A program made the position numbers and the translations under genes. The notes below the pieces were generated by a model. That model was not told where the DNA came from. It ran no database searches and was given only the letters and a program-made list of their open reading frames with translations. Positions 35,843-44,975 of a DNA stretch of 45,815 bases are shown in pieces (position 1 is the stretch's first letter; each line of letters begins with the position of its first letter). Origin of the DNA: a virus (lineage: Duplodnaviria; Caudoviricetes); the IMG/VR virus record IMGVR_UViG_3300048881_000314, positions 1-45,815 of that record; one strand, 5' to 3'.

Positions 35843-36337
35843 ATGTCACAAACATCGGTACAAGAACAAGGTCTTGCCCTAAACGGTCAAAAGTATGGCC
35901 TAGCAAGAGACGTCGTACTTAGTTACGTCGCCGAAGAAAAAATTGGTTTTGGTAGGTTCTGTTCACTAGGAACTGACAAAGACCAGGAAGTTAAACTTCC
36001 AAGTGTAGCAACGGACATTAACGCGCTTAAAAACAAGCGTGGTATTGCGCTACAATCGCACGCACGCGAATCAATCCAAGACGGTTCAATTCCTTCATAC
36101 CAGGTAAAAGAAATGGTTTCTGTTATGACTAAAGGAATGGTTTACGTTGAAGTTGAAGCTGACGTTACTCCAAGTTCTGACGTTTACGTTAGACACGCGG
36201 CGGACGGTGGTCTTGACCAACTTGGAATTATGGCGCCGGCGGCGGGAACTGGACTTGAGCAACTTAACAACGCAAGGTTTTTAAGAAGTTCTGAACTAGT
36301 AGACGGAAAGAAAATCGCCGTTCTTGAACTATTATAA
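35843..36337 (+). CDS. Capsid decoration / cement protein
   Basis: Between protease and MCP; I.FG, VSVM.KG.V.V; AAGGAG RBS. Confidence 0.75.
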   Translation: MSQTSVQEQGLALNGQKYGLARDVVLSYVAEEKIGFGRFCSLGTDKDQEVKLPSVATDINALKNKRGIALQSHARESIQDGSIPSYQVKEMVSVMTKGMVYVEVEADVTPSSDVYVRHAADGGLDQLGIMAPAAGTGLEQLNNARFLRSSELVDGKKIAVLELL

Positions 36338-36354
36338 GATAAGGAGCTTTTATA

Positions 36355-37320
36355 ATGAAAAAACCAAATTGGACAAAATTAGACGAGGCCCCTAGAGAAT
36401 ATCAAGGTTTTAAAAACTTTGACGAAGGTGAATCAATCTTTTTCGCTAGGGAACTAGAACACGTTAAGGCAAAAACGTATGACATTAAATTCCCGGAACT
36501 AAAGGCTAGACTTTTATTTCCACTTGAATTTTCTGCAAACGCGGGCGCTGAAACTATCACTTACGAGCAATACGACCAAGTTGGTATTGCAAAAATCGTT
36601 TCTAACTACGCGGACGACCTTCCTAGAGCGGACGTAAAAGGTAAGGAATTTACTTCAAGAGTTAGAACAATCGCTTCTTCGTACGGTTACAACTATGACG
36701 AAATTCAAGCGGCGAAAATGGCGGGTAAACCGTTAGTTCAACGTAAGGCCAATAGTGCAAAACGCGCTCACATGGTGCTTGAAAATAAGATTGCATTCTT
36801 TGGTGATGCAACTCATAACATTCAAGGTTTCCTTGATAACCCGAACCTTCAAGAAGTTACACTTCCGGCCGACGGTTCTGGTTCATCAACAACGCTTGCT
36901 TCGAAAACACCGGACCAAATGATTAGAGATATTGCATCTTTATTTACAGCGGTTCACGACATTTCAAAAGGTGTTGAGACTGCGAACACTCTATTAATGC
37001 CACTTAACCAGTTCAACCTAATTTCTAACACTAGACTTCCTGATTCGGATATGTCAGTTATGAAATGGGTTATGGAAAACAATCCACACCTTAAGGAAAT
37101 CATTTGGGTTACTGAAATGAAAGGTTCGGGTGCGGGTTCAACTGACAAAATGGTTGCATATAGACGTGACGCTGACGCCCTTACTATGGAAATTCCAAGT
37201 GAATTTAAGCAACTTCCAGTTCAAGAAAACAACCTTGAATTTAAAGTTCCTACTCACCATAGATTCGGTGGTGTACTTGTTTATTACCCGTTATCAGTGG
37301 CATTCGCTGACGGTATCTAA
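36355..37320 (+). CDS. Major capsid protein (DUF2184 family, HK97 fold)
   Basis: F.ARELE.V, D.VG.A.I......DLP..DV, FFGD.....GFL..P, GGV.VYYP. Confidence 0.92.
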   Translation: MKKPNWTKLDEAPREYQGFKNFDEGESIFFARELEHVKAKTYDIKFPELKARLLFPLEFSANAGAETITYEQYDQVGIAKIVSNYADDLPRADVKGKEFTSRVRTIASSYGYNYDEIQAAKMAGKPLVQRKANSAKRAHMVLENKIAFFGDATHNIQGFLDNPNLQEVTLPADGSGSSTTLASKTPDQMIRDIASLFTAVHDISKGVETANTLLMPLNQFNLISNTRLPDSDMSVMKWVMENNPHLKEIIWVTEMKGSGAGSTDKMVAYRRDADALTMEIPSEFKQLPVQENNLEFKVPTHHRFGGVLVYYPLSVAFADGI

Positions 37321-37350
37321 CAAGCCGCACAAAAGAAAAAAGAAGAAAAC

Positions 37351-37381
37351 AAAGGGCCAGGAAACTGGCCCTTTTCTTTTT
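37351..37381 (+). terminator. Intrinsic terminator after MCP
   Basis: AAAGGGCCAG-GAAA-CTGGCCCTTT followed by T-run. Confidence 0.85.
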
Positions 37382-37442
37382 GTGAATAATAGGGAAAAAT
37401 TAAGTCTAATTAAATAACAAACAGTAAATAGGAGTTTGAAAA

Positions 37443-37907
37443 ATGTTAGTAAAATGGAACGGAAAAAATGTTTGGTCAATTGGAAAAGGAATGGCGGACG
37501 GTGCAGTTGTTCAATTAGTACCTGGGCCAAATGAATTAGAAAAAGCCGATTGGGAAGCAATTAAAGACCACCCGGTTGTTAAGGCAAGGATGGAAAAAGA
37601 CGTTATCGACATGACACGCGGAAAAGTTAAAATGCTTGAAGTTGTTGTTGCTAAGGTTGAAACTGGTTCTAGCGACGACAATAGCGGTTCTGACGACAAT
37701 AACGAAGGCGGTTCAACTCTTTCGTCACTTAACGCAACCGACGCGGTTAAACTTATCAAAGAAACGTTTAACGTTGAACTTTTAAGGAAGTGGGAAGAAG
37801 ACGAAACAAGAAAAAAACCAATGGCCGCAATCAAGGCGCAATTCGAAGCAATCGAAAAGTCGCGTGAAGAAGACGAGGCCGGGGACGACGCCGCGGTTGT
37901 TGAATAA
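37443..37907 (+). CDS. Head-module hypothetical protein
   Basis: AGGAG RBS; L.PG.N......W; C-terminal L..W...E.RK...AI helix. Confidence 0.7.
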   Translation: MLVKWNGKNVWSIGKGMADGAVVQLVPGPNELEKADWEAIKDHPVVKARMEKDVIDMTRGKVKMLEVVVAKVETGSSDDNSGSDDNNEGGSTLSSLNATDAVKLIKETFNVELLRKWEEDETRKKPMAAIKAQFEAIEKSREEDEAGDDAAVVE

Positions 37908-37943
37908 TAAAAGTTTGGTACAATAGTATTATGATAAAAATGG

Positions 37944-37972
37944 AAAGGGGCGGTTTTTATCGCCCCTTTTTT
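37944..37972 (+). terminator. Intrinsic terminator
   Basis: AAAGGGGCG / CGCCCCTTT followed by TTT. Confidence 0.75.
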
Positions 37973-37987
37973 ATAGGAGTTTTTCAA

Positions 37988-38356
37988 ATGGCATTAAATT
38001 ACGATTTATTTCGAAAAGTTGTCGCGCCTGAATTTGCCAGTATGTCCGACGAAGACCTTGATTTATTTGCGGCCGAAGCTGAATGCGAAGTTGCACAAAG
38101 TAAATGGGGTTGTCGTTATGATAGGGCCATTGCATTGATTACAGCGCATTTAATAGCTATGTCACAACGAGCTAGTGGAATGGGCGGAAACGCGGCGACC
38201 GGTGAACTTAAAAAAGTTAAGGTTGGCGACCTGGAAAGGGAATTTCAATCAAGTTCAAGTGATAGTTCCGATTCGTATGGTTTAACTACATACGGAAAAG
38301 AGTTTTTAAGAATTAGAAAACAAATTCTTAAAGGCCCTGTTTTTGTGAGTTGTTAG
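37988..38356 (+). CDS. Head-tail adaptor (DUF4054-like)
   Basis: PEF, A.ALITAHL, VGD, T.YG.EF; ATG 37988 after AGGAG. Confidence 0.8.
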   Translation: MALNYDLFRKVVAPEFASMSDEDLDLFAAEAECEVAQSKWGCRYDRAIALITAHLIAMSQRASGMGGNAATGELKKVKVGDLEREFQSSSSDSSDSYGLTTYGKEFLRIRKQILKGPVFVSC

Positions 38357-38863
38357 GTGACCAAGAAACCTAAGATTCCAAAAACTCATGTTGTTGACCA
38401 TGGTTTTAAAGGAATAATGAAAGAACTTCGAAAACTTGAGTATAAACCTATTGTTAAAATCGGGTTCCCGGAACAACATAATAAAAAAGACAAAGGTAAA
38501 CTTTACGAAGTGCCAGGCGAAGAAGGCCTTTTTCTTGAAAGTAATTTTGTCACTGTTTTAGACGTTGCCGTTTTCCATGAATTTGGAACAATTCATTTGC
38601 CGGAGCGTTCTTTTATTCGTGCGTCATTTGATAAAAACGTTGGAAAATATAACAAAATGACAAAAGATTTATTGGTTAAAATTTATTCCGGTAAGGCCAC
38701 CGTTGAAAAGGCCCTTGATATTCTTGGCGAAACAATATTAAATGATATTAAGACATTTTTGACAAATAACGAAGTAACCCCGCCTTCGGCAACCGAAAAA
38801 ACGCTTGTCGATACGGCGCAAATGCTTAATTCGTTAACTTACATAAAGGTAATGAAACCATGA
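38357..38863 (+). CDS. Neck / tail completion protein
   Basis: VKIGF, A.FHEFGT...P.RSFIR, L.DT.QM..S.TY. Confidence 0.75.
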   Translation: MTKKPKIPKTHVVDHGFKGIMKELRKLEYKPIVKIGFPEQHNKKDKGKLYEVPGEEGLFLESNFVTVLDVAVFHEFGTIHLPERSFIRASFDKNVGKYNKMTKDLLVKIYSGKATVEKALDILGETILNDIKTFLTNNEVTPPSATEKTLVDTAQMLNSLTYIKVMKP

Positions 38864-39225
38864 TTGATATTCCCACGGAACAATTAACAGTTACCAGGAA
38901 CGAAAAAGGCGATTGGTGCGAAGGTCGTTTTGAACGTGGTAAAACCAAAGAATTCGAAATTGAAGCTTCGGTTCAACCTTTACGTGGTAACGAAATAAAG
39001 CAACTTCCCGAACATCGTAGAACGGCCGAAGCTGTTAAGATTTACACGGAATTTAAACTTCGTACAAGTGACGAAAAAAATCAATTGCCGGCCGATAGAC
39101 TTTTACACGACGGAAAAGTTTTCGAAGTTCATTCAGTAATGAACTGGTCAATTGGGACCGATATACCGCATTTTAAAGTTGTAGCGGTCAAGGAAGACGG
39201 ACAAGGCGGCGGAAATGAAGCATGA
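38860..39225 (+). CDS. Head closure / stopper protein
   Basis: ASVQPL...E...LPE..R....KIYT, D....DG..FEV. Confidence 0.75.
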   Translation: MIDIPTEQLTVTRNEKGDWCEGRFERGKTKEFEIEASVQPLRGNEIKQLPEHRRTAEAVKIYTEFKLRTSDEKNQLPADRLLHDGKVFEVHSVMNWSIGTDIPHFKVVAVKEDGQGGGNEA

Positions 39226-39760
39226 AACAATTCTAAAAGCTTGGTACGATTATTGTCGTAAAGTTTTACCCGATGAATGGACGGTTACATTTGCCGAAGA
39301 AGTCACGGGAAAAGATGCGCCAAGGCCACAAAAACCATATTTAACATTAAAAATTATTTCAGGGCCTGGCCTTGTAACAATGGACGACCAGGTTATTAAT
39401 TGTAAGGGCGACGCCTTTTCGTTAGTTGGTCAAAGAAAATATACAATTTCAGTCAAGGCATTTGGTTCCGGCCATATTGATGCGCTTAACGACTTGTCGA
39501 CTCTCCTAGACGCGCCAGGCTATTGGGACCAGTTAAAAGAAGACGCGGACATTGCCGTTACAAATAAAGGTGAAGTTACCGACGTTTCTGGTTTGCTAGA
39601 AACTGGTTATGAAAGACGCGCTTCATTGGACATATTTTTCAATTCAAGTAATAATAAAACTATAGACATTGGACCAATTGAAAGTGTTAAGGTCGACGGT
39701 TCGCTAGATAGCGGAAACAAAGAAATTAATACCAACATACCAATTATAACTAAGGAGTAA
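39215..39760 (+). CDS. Tail terminator / neck protein
   Basis: PRP.KPY.T, YERRA.LD; precedes sheath. Confidence 0.75.
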   Translation: MKHETILKAWYDYCRKVLPDEWTVTFAEEVTGKDAPRPQKPYLTLKIISGPGLVTMDDQVINCKGDAFSLVGQRKYTISVKAFGSGHIDALNDLSTLLDAPGYWDQLKEDADIAVTNKGEVTDVSGLLETGYERRASLDIFFNSSNNKTIDIGPIESVKVDGSLDSGNKEINTNIPIITKE

Positions 39761-39765
39761 AAACC

Positions 39766-41094
39766 ATGTCATTAGATTCGATTGTAAAAGTAAACATTAC
39801 AAGAGACACTAAGGTTCCAACTCAAAAGGGTTTTGGTGTTCCGGCGATTATTTCAACGGAAGCCACTATTCTTACGAACCTGGTAACGACTTACGAAAGT
39901 GATACCGCTCTCGAAAGTCTTATTAACGACGGCTTTACAACTTCAAGTGAAGTTTACAAAGCGGCCGTTGCCCTAGTATCTCAAAACCCAAAAGTTGAAA
40001 AGTTTAAGGTAATTAAACAATCAACGTCAATTGCTCAAGTTGATACAATCAACATTGATACAATTGAAAACAACGCTACTTACCAGGTGACTGTTAATGG
40101 CGTAGTCCTAGAATTTACTTCGGACGCTGACGCGACTGACGCAGAAATTCAAGCTGGCCTTATCGCACTTATCGACGCACTTGCGGACGTGGGCGCGGTT
40201 GCTGACGGTACGGACAAAATTACCGTTACAAGTGCAACGGCCGGAAAAGGTTATTCGCTAGCGGTTGATTCAAAAATGTCAATCACGGTTGTAACTGCAA
40301 ACAATGGTGTTGTGGAAGACTTAATTGCCGCGCGTGACGAAGACGACGATTGGTATTTTCTTTTAACAACTACTCACACGCAACTTCAAACTGAATTAAT
40401 TGCGGGTTATGTAGAAACAATTATTAAATTATTTTGTTACCAAACAAACGATGACGATTCTAAGGACTTGCCGGCAACTGGCGACACAACTTCCGTAATG
40501 GCGGTTTTAAAGTCACTTAATTATGACCGTTCATTTGGTGTTTGGGTTCCAACCGCGGACCTTGGCGAATATAAACATACCGGTTGGGTTGGTCTTATGG
40601 CCCCGAAAGACCCTGGTTCGGCAACTTGGAAATTCAAAGAAATTAATGCGGCAAGTGCTGACAAATTTACTGCGAACGAAAAGAAAAATATTCAAGACAA
40701 AAGCGGAAACGTTTACGTTACGATTGCCGGAATCAATATGTTCGAAGAAGGTGTTGTTGCTAGTGGCGAGTATATCGACATTATGCGCGGAACGGATTGG
40801 ATACAAGCAAGAATTCAAGAACAAGTTTTTGGATTACTTACTAGTTCTGAAAAAGTTCCTTACGACGACGGCGGAATTGAATCAATTGGTTTACAGGTCG
40901 AAGACGTTCTTGACCGTGCAGTTGATAGAACAATTCTAGTTGGTGGTGAAGACGCGCCAGTTGTAACGGTTCCAAAAAGAAGCGAAACAACTAAGGCCGA
41001 CCGTGCTAATAGATTCCTAAGAGACGTAACGTTTACAGGTTTCTATGCCGGTGCAATTCATAAAGTTCAAATTGACGGAACGCTAAGCGTATAA
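39766..41094 (+). CDS. Contractile tail sheath (DUF3383 family)
   Basis: IVKVNI, SQNP, PGS.TWKFK, G....GEYID..RG.DW, KVPY.D.G, AGAIH.V.I.G. Confidence 0.92.
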   Translation: MSLDSIVKVNITRDTKVPTQKGFGVPAIISTEATILTNLVTTYESDTALESLINDGFTTSSEVYKAAVALVSQNPKVEKFKVIKQSTSIAQVDTINIDTIENNATYQVTVNGVVLEFTSDADATDAEIQAGLIALIDALADVGAVADGTDKITVTSATAGKGYSLAVDSKMSITVVTANNGVVEDLIAARDEDDDWYFLLTTTHTQLQTELIAGYVETIIKLFCYQTNDDDSKDLPATGDTTSVMAVLKSLNYDRSFGVWVPTADLGEYKHTGWVGLMAPKDPGSATWKFKEINAASADKFTANEKKNIQDKSGNVYVTIAGINMFEEGVVASGEYIDIMRGTDWIQARIQEQVFGLLTSSEKVPYDDGGIESIGLQVEDVLDRAVDRTILVGGEDAPVVTVPKRSETTKADRANRFLRDVTFTGFYAGAIHKVQIDGTLSV

Positions 41095-41104
41095 GGGGGC
41101 TGAA

Positions 41105-41530
41105 ATGGCATTAAACGGAACTTATAATTTTAAAGAAGTTAGTCTTGTTTTCGGTATTAAATCGCTTAGCGGTTTCGAAGACGGGTCGGAAATTGTAGCT
41201 GAAAGAACCGAAGACACTTTTACAAGTAAAGTAGGTGTTGACGGTGAGGTTACAAGGTCAAAATCTAACAACTCAATGGGAACGATTACGTTCACACTAG
41301 ACCAATTTTCTAGCGACAATAGATATTTACAGTCTATTGCGAACCTAGACGAAAGGGTTGGACTTGGCGGAATCTTGCCGGTTAAGTTAGTGGACAAGTC
41401 AAACCCAAATAACGAGATTGCAATAGCAACTCAAGCCTGGATTAAAAAGCCGGCTTCAAAATCTTACGGCCGTGAATCGGGCGCTAGGGAATGGGTTATT
41501 GAGTGCGCGGACTTAAACTTTATTTTCTAA
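41105..41530 (+). CDS. Tail tube protein (DUF3277 family)
   Basis: G.DGEVTRS....GTITFTL.Q.S..N, A..AWI.KP....G......REW.I. Confidence 0.88.
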   Translation: MALNGTYNFKEVSLVFGIKSLSGFEDGSEIVAERTEDTFTSKVGVDGEVTRSKSNNSMGTITFTLDQFSSDNRYLQSIANLDERVGLGGILPVKLVDKSNPNNEIAIATQAWIKKPASKSYGRESGAREWVIECADLNFIF

Positions 41531-41546
41531 ATTGATTAATTAAACC

Positions 41547-41574
41547 ATGGGCCGGAAAGATTGCCGGCCCATTT
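41547..41574 (+). terminator. Hairpin after tail tube
   Basis: ATGGGCCGG / CCGGCCCAT stem. Confidence 0.55.
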
Positions 41575-41593
41575 AAAAACGAGGTAAGAAACC

Positions 41594-42076
41594 ATGATTA
41601 CACAAACGTACACAAATGCAATGGGCGAATTCCCTTGCGTATTCACAAAACTAAAACCTTCAAAATCTTTAATTGTTATGATGTATATGGGAAAAATGCT
41701 AGGCGGAACGGCCGGAAAAGCTATTAACTCATTACAAGGTTCTTCACTTGGTTCATTAAGTGAAATGAGTGACGAAGACGTTAATTTTGAAAAAATAGGT
41801 GACATCGTTTCAAGTTTTTTTGATAAACTAGAAGACGAAGAGTTTTTAAAAAAATTGGCAATTCTTTTTGAATCGGTCCAGGTTAATGGTGAAAGTTTAT
41901 ATATTGACCACCCGATGTTTGAAGAAGACCCAACGTTAATTTTCAAAGTGGCCGTTAAGGCAATTGGGGTTAACTATAAAAGTTTTTTGGGAAAAAGTTC
42001 GGGCGTAATAGAAAAACTAAAAGGACTAGTAAAAACAGCGCCAGTTTCGAACGACTCACAAACAGAACCGAAGTAA
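41594..42076 (+). CDS. Tail assembly chaperone (gpG equivalent)
   Basis: Between tube and tape measure; GAGG RBS; contains slippery site. Confidence 0.75.
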   Translation: MITQTYTNAMGEFPCVFTKLKPSKSLIVMMYMGKMLGGTAGKAINSLQGSSLGSLSEMSDEDVNFEKIGDIVSSFFDKLEDEEFLKKLAILFESVQVNGESLYIDHPMFEEDPTLIFKVAVKAIGVNYKSFLGKSSGVIEKLKGLVKTAPVSNDSQTEPK

Positions 42077-42234
42077 ATTGGTTCTTATGGCGGCCGGTAA
42101 TTTCGGACCCTAAACTTGCCGCCAGTTATTCAGAAATCGAAAACACTTGGTCGATTGACGAATTATTCGAGGCCCACGAAGTTCTTGACGTTATCGAGGC
42201 CATGAAGGAAATCGAAGAAAAACAAAATAAATAA
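41989..42234 (+). CDS. -1 frameshift extension of tail assembly chaperone (gpGT equivalent)
   Basis: G GGA AAA heptamer 41989-41995; -1 frame open to TAA 42234 (...NWFLWRPV...WSIDELFEAHEVLD...). Confidence 0.75.
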   Translation, partial: GKKFGRNRKTKRTSKNSASFERLTNRTEVNWFLWRPVISDPKLAASYSEIENTWSIDELFEAHEVLDVIEAMKEIEEKQNK

Positions 42235-42245
42235 GGAAGTTAATA

Positions 42246-43919
42246 ATGGCCGGTTCGGTAGTAAGAGAATTAATCACACTTTGGGGCTTCGATATTGATA
42301 AGAAGCCATTGCAAGAATTAGACGCCGGTATTAATACCATTAAATCTAGTTTAAAGGCCGTTGGTATAGCGGCCGCCGCTACGTCCGCGGCGATAGGTTT
42401 TGTTTTAAACGAGGCCGGAAAGCAAGAACAAACCGAAGTTGCATTTGAAACATTACTTGGAAGCGCCGAACTAGCTCAACAAAAAATAAAAGAGTTACAC
42501 GAATTTGCTTCAAGAACACCTTTTTCCATTCCTGGAATAGAGCAAAACGCAAAACAGTTAATTGGTATGGGAATCGAAGTCGAAAGCCTATTGCCAACCA
42601 TGAAAGCGTTAGGTGATGTTTCCGCCGGTCTTTCGGTTCCGCTTGAAAGAATCGCATTAAATTACGGTCAAATTAAAGCGCAAGGAAAATTAACGGGGCG
42701 TGAACTTCGTGACTTCGCAGTTGCCGGGGTTCCGCTACTTGACCAACTTGCCAAGCAATTCGGTAAAACAAAAGAAGAAGTTCAAGGAATGGTATCGGCC
42801 GGAAAGGTTGGTTTTTCCGATGTTGAAAAAGCATTTGTTGCAATGACTTCGGCCGGTGGTCGTTTTGACAACTTAATGATTAAGCAATCGAAAACTTTTA
42901 AAGGCTTGGTATCAAATGCCGGCGATTTTCTAATTATGTTTTCAAGGGAATTAGGGAAGGAAGTTTTACCGGCGGCGAAAGAACTTGTTAGTGAAGTAAT
43001 TGCATGGGCGCAAGCCAATAGAAAATTAATAATGGGAAACATGAAAAAGTTTCTTAAAAACCTGGTTTCCTTTTTAAAGGGTATCGTTAACCTTATTAAG
43101 GTTTTCGCCAAGGCCCTGAATGGAGTCGTTCAAGTTTTTGGTGGTTGGAATAAAGTCCTTGGAGCAACCTTTAAAATATTTACTGCAATTATGGGGCTTG
43201 GAATATTGACCGGAATCGGTCTAATAACAAAAGCTTTATGGGGTATGGTCGTGGCATGGAAGGCCATGGGTGCGGCCGCTCTATTTGCCAATATAAAAAT
43301 GATGTTAATACCGCTTGCGATTGGTGCGATTGTTACCGCTATTGCATTAATAGCCGAAGACATTGTTGCATTTACTCAAGGCCGTGACTCGGTATTTGGT
43401 AGAATGCTAGACGGCATAACAATGATATTCGGCAAGATTGCCGAAAAGTTTGCTGGCCTCGGTGGCGTGTTTCGCGGAATGATTACATTTTTCTTAACGC
43501 CAATTAGAATTATTATAAATGGGTTTAAAAGTTTACTTACAATAATCGACGTTATTCGCGGAAAAATGTCTTTTATGAAAGGACTTAAAACCCTTGGTTC
43601 AAATATTTTAAGTAACTTTGGACTTGGTGGCGCAAGCGATTCGTTACAAGGGGCGCTAGGTTTTGCCGATAGTGTTGGGGCCGCAACCGAAGAAGTCGAG
43701 GCGGGAAGTACGCCTTCGGCCGCAATTGGTTCGGGCGTCCTGGCGCCAAAACAATCAAACAAAAATGTAACCGTTGAAAATAAACTTGACCTAAAGCTTG
43801 ACGTTACCGGAATGGAACCGGAAGCGGCGAAAAGCCTAGTGACTGACACTTTAGGCGGTGAATTAGACGCAATTCTTAGGGGTGCGGTTAGAGACGGCGA
43901 AAGCCAAATTGAACGTTAA
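42246..43919 (+). CDS. Tape measure protein
   Basis: FETLLGS.E.A....EL.EFA..TPF, GD..A, GQ....GK..G.ELR; hydrophobic Ala/Gly-rich centre. Confidence 0.92.
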   Translation: MAGSVVRELITLWGFDIDKKPLQELDAGINTIKSSLKAVGIAAAATSAAIGFVLNEAGKQEQTEVAFETLLGSAELAQQKIKELHEFASRTPFSIPGIEQNAKQLIGMGIEVESLLPTMKALGDVSAGLSVPLERIALNYGQIKAQGKLTGRELRDFAVAGVPLLDQLAKQFGKTKEEVQGMVSAGKVGFSDVEKAFVAMTSAGGRFDNLMIKQSKTFKGLVSNAGDFLIMFSRELGKEVLPAAKELVSEVIAWAQANRKLIMGNMKKFLKNLVSFLKGIVNLIKVFAKALNGVVQVFGGWNKVLGATFKIFTAIMGLGILTGIGLITKALWGMVVAWKAMGAAALFANIKMMLIPLAIGAIVTAIALIAEDIVAFTQGRDSVFGRMLDGITMIFGKIAEKFAGLGGVFRGMITFFLTPIRIIINGFKSLLTIIDVIRGKMSFMKGLKTLGSNILSNFGLGGASDSLQGALGFADSVGAATEEVEAGSTPSAAIGSGVLAPKQSNKNVTVENKLDLKLDVTGMEPEAAKSLVTDTLGGELDAILRGAVRDGESQIER

Positions 43920-43935
43920 TAAAAGGAATTAATTA

Positions 43936-44652
43936 ATGGCCTTACTTAGTACAATTTTCAAAATTCCAACAAGGGCGCAAGTCGGTTTCTTAAAACTGGA
44001 CGCGTCTATTAGTGAATCACATAAACGAACGGCAACGGTTTCTGACAATGAAGTTGAAGACGGTGTTGTTGTTTCGGACCACGTAAGACTTGCGCCAAAA
44101 AGTTTAAGCTTAACTGGCCAGGTATCAAGTAACCCGGTTTCGATTCTTGGACTAGGTGTTTCTAGTGACGACATTCTTGGGGCCGCAAAAGATTTTACCG
44201 GTGGTGATAAAAACGCATTTACAAGTTTGAAAGATTCTTTTTTAAGTCAGTTTAAAACCAAAAAGAACGCTTCACTTGAAGAACTGGTTAAGCGACCAAA
44301 CAGAACACCAAAAGAAGCGTGGGATTATTTAAACGAATTACTAGAAAATAGAATTCCTTTTTCAATTGTTACCGGATTACAACGTTACGAAAATATGATT
44401 TTAACAAGTCTAAGTTCGCCGCGTTCTTCAAGCGACGGGAAAAGTGTTTTATTCACGGCCGAACTTAGGGAAATCGTAGTTGTTGAAAGTGCGACCGTAA
44501 AGATTCCGGCCTTTAAAATAAAAGGTGACGCCGCAAATTCGGCAAGCTCAAAAGGCGACCTTGGAAAACAGTCTTCAAAAGAAGCAACCGGAAAACAAGG
44601 AGACGATTCAAGTTTATTGTTGAAAGGTTTTAAAAAGGTAGGAATTTTTTAA
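43936..44652 (+). CDS. Baseplate tube initiator (Dit-like)
   Basis: LDA.ISE.H...A.V..N.VEDG..VSDH, T....Y.NM.L.SL, FTA.LREI. Confidence 0.8.
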   Translation: MALLSTIFKIPTRAQVGFLKLDASISESHKRTATVSDNEVEDGVVVSDHVRLAPKSLSLTGQVSSNPVSILGLGVSSDDILGAAKDFTGGDKNAFTSLKDSFLSQFKTKKNASLEELVKRPNRTPKEAWDYLNELLENRIPFSIVTGLQRYENMILTSLSSPRSSSDGKSVLFTAELREIVVVESATVKIPAFKIKGDAANSASSKGDLGKQSSKEATGKQGDDSSLLLKGFKKVGIF

Positions 44653-44975
44653 TGGCAACTTTAGTTTTACCGATTCGTTCGGACATTCAAGCGTACAAAT
44701 TTTCTATGGACCTGGAAGGCGAACTTTACGTTCTTGATTTTGGTTTTAATACCAGGTCAGGCCGTTGGTATATGTCTATTTATGATTCAACTGGCGAAAC
44801 TCTCCTAGTTGGTGATATTCCAATTCTTATTAACATTCCATTGCATGACCAATATATTGACGAACGTTTACCACCTGGCCGATTCATTGCACTTAATGAA
44901 GCTGACGGTCTAACGGAAGCCGCGATTGATACATTTGGAATTGACGTAAAATTATTTTATCAGGAATCGGCGTAA
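44652..44975 (+). CDS. Small baseplate protein (plug-like)
   Basis: F...L.G..Y.L.F.FN.R...W.MSI.D; conserved position before hub. Confidence 0.7.
   Translation: MATLVLPIRSDIQAYKFSMDLEGELYVLDFGFNTRSGRWYMSIYDSTGETLLVGDIPILINIPLHDQYIDERLPPGRFIALNEADGLTEAAIDTFGIDVKLFYQESA

Noticed and set aside
36355-37320. Encapsulin / bacteriocin nanocompartment
   Set aside because: DUF2184 resembles encapsulins, but the terminase-portal-protease-tail context identifies a phage major capsid protein.
772-44174. Many antisense or alternate-frame ORFs in the track (e.g. 772..1188, 13550..13930, 35066..35545, 37511..37987, 43376..43849)
   Set aside because: They are shadows of well-supported genes, with no RBS or recognisable motifs.
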